From the human T2T-CHM13v2.0 reference genome, Homo sapiens, in assembly GCF_009914755.1 (NCBI RefSeq), contig NC_060941.1: DNA of 64,000 nt. The stretch is one strand, 5' to 3'. A program made the position numbers and the translations under genes. Below the pieces are notes generated by a model that saw only the letters and a list, made by a program, of their open reading frames with translations, ran no database searches and had not been told where the DNA came from. Position 1 is the stretch's first letter. Every line of letters starts with the position of its first letter. Shown here one piece after another: positions 60,489 through 64,000 of the stretch.

Positions 60489-62694
60489 TTGCATGCAAAC
60501 ATCTGATTAGCAGGCTTCAGGAGCCTGGGAGATGTTTCAACTTTGAAAAGGTGTCTGTTGAGTCGGGAGTTTTCTGCGCTGCATTTGGATTCGTTGACAC
60601 TGCTCCTGCTCTTGGATGAGCTGTCTCTTTTACAGGTTGCTCTCCAGCCTCACTGAAGCAGGCCTTTCCTGGCACTAACCTTTCATCAGGAGGCCTCTGC
60701 CAAGCCAGAGTGGCCCTGCTGTTCCTCCAGGAATGCAGCTTTGCACCATTCAATCAGAAATGAAGCCTTGACCCAGTTTGGGGAGAGGATGTCAAGACGG
60801 GAAATGGAAAATTAGTCCAAGGAACCCAGGGACACTTAAGTGCCTCTACCTCTTTTTAAAACCTTCCCATTTATCATTCCTGAAACTTGTTTACTAGTAC
60901 TATTACTAATAATAACAATAGAAATGGCTTTCATTTATTGCATAGTTACTAGATCAAGTCCTTGGCTGCATTTTTCACTGGATCCTCACAATGACTTCAG
61001 TAAGTATAATTGTCATCACTATGTTAGAAGTGGCAAAACTAAAAAAAAGTAATAAATAAAGAAGAAACCAGGTTTAAAACAAAGTTAAGATTAAAATATA
61101 AAACTTCATTGGCCCTTTTAGGAAGCTTAAAATCTCCCCCAAATTGGTTCCTCTCAAGATTTTTTTAGAACAGAAAAGAAGAAAACAGAAGTGGCAAAAC
61201 TCATAGAGTTTAAATCATGTTCCCAAAATTATGCAAATGAAAAGGGGTAGAAACAAAATTCAAACCTAGCTTTGTCTGACCACCAAACCCCTGATCTTAA
61301 CCACCTATTAGACCCCCTGACTTTGGGGAGGCAGGGAGAAGGCGACACTGATATAGTGGCTGCAGGCTGACACCCCTATGGCAACAGACTGGCTCGTGAG
61401 CAGGTTGCCCAGGCCCCATCCTGGGGATCCTCCGCCCACTCCAGTGACTGTAATCAGCAGCTAGACCACACTGGTGTGAGTACTTACCTCTACTTATCAA
61501 TACACTCAAACACAGTCTTTTAATTTTGGAAATTTTTTAAACTACCAAATATTTAATCAGGAAGTATCAAACCCACCCTAGGGCATCAATAGCATATGAA
61601 TTCTATACAAATAAAAACACGCCAGCAGTGATAATAAAAAAAATCACTGTAAAGTGGTGTTAATGTTAAACCAATCCCTTCCAAGAGGAATTCATGAGGG
61701 ACTTTCTTGGCCCTTCTGCTTTTCCTCCGGGCTTGTCCTGGCTCCGCATCACCAACCAGGTCCGGTGTTCTACACCAGCCAACGTTCTGGCCGGTTCACG
61801 CTGGAGGCACATGACGGAGTGGAAAGATCACGGTGTGGGGAGCCAGATGGGGCTGGCCTTGATTTCTGGCTCTGCCACTAACTCATTCTGTTGAATATGT
61901 TAGCTAATTACCTAAGTCTTCAAAGTATGGCGATTTCATCAACTGCGTTGTCATGTCTCAGGTTAGTTTTTTGTGGGTGTTTGTTTGCTTTGGTTGCTTC
62001 ACAAATTATTGAAAATACTGAAAACGCTGAAGGGTACTTTGCAAACCCCCAGCTACAAAATGCCTTCTCCTTGGCACCCTCTTCACCTCCATTTTAAAAA
62101 GAAGAGAAACATTTTTGATCAGAACAATGTCTGGAAAACCTTCTCCCCTGCCATTGAAATGCCTTTTTCCCCACAGTTGGTTTCTATGTCACACCATGGA
62201 TCACTTCTTTTGCCCTCCTTCTTGTCTGTATTCATGTTGGCATCTTTCAATCTGCAGGAATCCATGCACTGTGTTTTATTGCTGAATATTTACCCCCAAA
62301 GCTCTTCATCTTCCCAGAGGATGTATTTAATACTTTCAGTCTTACCAAATATGTCAATCAAACTGGGAACATGAGCATGTTTGAAAAATCACATCAACTT
62401 CAGTCCAATATCCTATACCACTTTTATAGTTTTAAAGCAATCCATTCTACATCCATTTTTCTCTAAGTGATTCTGCTCTTGTTTTCTTTTCTCCTAAAGG
62501 AAACTCTTAATAGCAAGAACATCTGTCTTGCTGTAGTTCAAGGCACTAAAAACACCTAGTGTATCAACAAAGACACCTGTGACCACATTGAGACATATCA
62601 TGATCCATACAGAACCTAGGCTTTGGAAAGAACTGGGTTTTAGTCATTTGCATGTTACTTATTAGCCATGACAATCGTGAATTTTATCACTCCC

Positions 62695-62855
62695 TTTATA
62701 TATATGTGTTTGTGTGTGTACATATGTGTATAAATGCATGTATACTCATACATATGTGTGTCTGTGGTTTTTGAACAATACACACATATATGTTTGAGTG
62801 TGTGTATATATATACACACATTATATTAATATACATAAATATATACACACACGTA
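62695..62855. repeat. TA/TG/CA low-complexity tract
   Basis: Directly visible; adjoins an L1M-like fragment near 62855-63020. Confidence 0.8.
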
Positions 62856-63146
62856 TGGTTTTCTGGAGCTTGTTTATATCAATCAACACTATGTTAGTAA
62901 GATTCATCCATGCTATTGCATGTCGCCATTTTCCAGTCATCTTCACAGTATAATATCCCATTGGGTGAATATACCACAATTTAATTGTCCATTGATGGGC
63001 ACTTGGATTGTTTGTCCTTCGAATTCTGCATCTTATGTATAGGTGAAAAAATAGGAGAGAATACATATTACTTCAAAGAATTGCTGTAATCCATATGAAA
63101 TGCTTAGTCCAGTGCTTGGCACAGAGGTTCAAAACCCTAGCCAACT

Positions 63147-63148
<2 letters not shown>

Positions 63149-63197
<49 letters not shown>

Positions 63198-63478
63198 AGA
63201 CAGAATCTCTCTCTGTCGCCCAGGCTGGAGTGCAGTGAAGTGATCTTGGCTCACTGCAACCTCCTTCCAGATTCAAGCAATTCTCCTGCCTCAGCCTCCT
63301 AGTAGCTGGGACTACAGGCGTGCGCCACCATGACCAGCTAATTTTTGTATTTTTAGTAGAGATGCGGTTTCACCACGTTGGCCAGGCTGGTCTCGAACTC
63401 CTGACCTCAGGTGATTCACCCACCTCGGCCTCCCGAAGTGCTGGGATTATAGGCTTTAGCCACAGCATCCGGCTGGCC
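63149..63478 (-). mobile_element. AluS whose tail is a perfect (TG)n microsatellite (63149-63194)
   Basis: Directly visible. Confidence 0.92.
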
Positions 63479-63600
63479 AACTCCCCTCTTGACTCTGGAA
63501 GGAGACAATGATAAATCCCAATGGCTTGATGAGACAGTAACTCCAACACCAATGTGATTAAGTTTTGCTTTTGACTTTCTCCCTCTGCCATAGTCTGACC

Positions 63601-63813
63601 CAGTGGTTCTCAAACAGGGGTGATTTTTGCACTCCCAGGCAATGTTTGGCAATGTCTGGAGACATTTGTGATCATCACCCTCAAAGGATGCTACTAGAAT
63701 CTGGTTCATAGAGGCCAGGGATGCTGCTTAACATCCTATAATTCACAGGACAGCCTTTACAACAAAGAATCGCCCAGCCCAAAATGTCAATAATGCTGAA
63801 GTTGAGAAGCCCT
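63601..63813 (+). mobile_element. MER20 DNA transposon
   Basis: cagtggttctcaa...ttgagaagccctg terminal inverted repeats; ggcaatgtctggagacattt core. Confidence 0.85.
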
Positions 63814-64000
63814 GGTCGACCCTCACACTGTGCTCATGATGACTCAAGCTGCCCCTTGAGGACAAGGAATAGGCCTCCATTCTGTGCACTAAGTGTAGGG
63901 AGTGACTGCTTTGAAGAGACTCTGTCCTTGGATTTTGTAAGATACAGAATTTATCCTATGAGTGTCTTGGAGGAAGTAGGAGAACATAAACAAAATTCTC

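Overview
Primate, almost certainly human, genomic DNA from the 17q21.2 keratin-associated protein (KRTAP) cluster. Bases 1-39,300 are a head-to-tail array of about 5.5-kb units on the + strand. It holds five intact single-exon ultra-high-sulfur KRTAP9 genes (best calls KRTAP9-3, 9-8, 9-4, 9-9 and a fifth gene) and one KRTAP9 pseudogene. Each unit carries the same old repeat cassette (L1MA 3' end, MIR, ERVL remnants, purine tract, MLT1) plus unit-specific L1/Alu insertions, including a full-length but dead L1PA. A roughly 20-kb repeat-rich spacer follows, then KRTAP29-1 on the - strand. Most notable: (1) the fifth gene appears to be an in-frame KRTAP9-6/KRTAP9-7 hybrid from a ~10-kb unequal crossover; (2) a 17-bp element sits exactly 37 nt upstream of the TATA box in both KRTAP9 and KRTAP29-1 promoters and is mutated in the hybrid; (3) paralogs are gene-conversion mosaics; (4) three independent fold-back template-switch palindromes. 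Paralog symbols and repeat subfamilies come from recalled sequences, not database searches. I found no evidence for a wholly novel biological system or foreign DNA.
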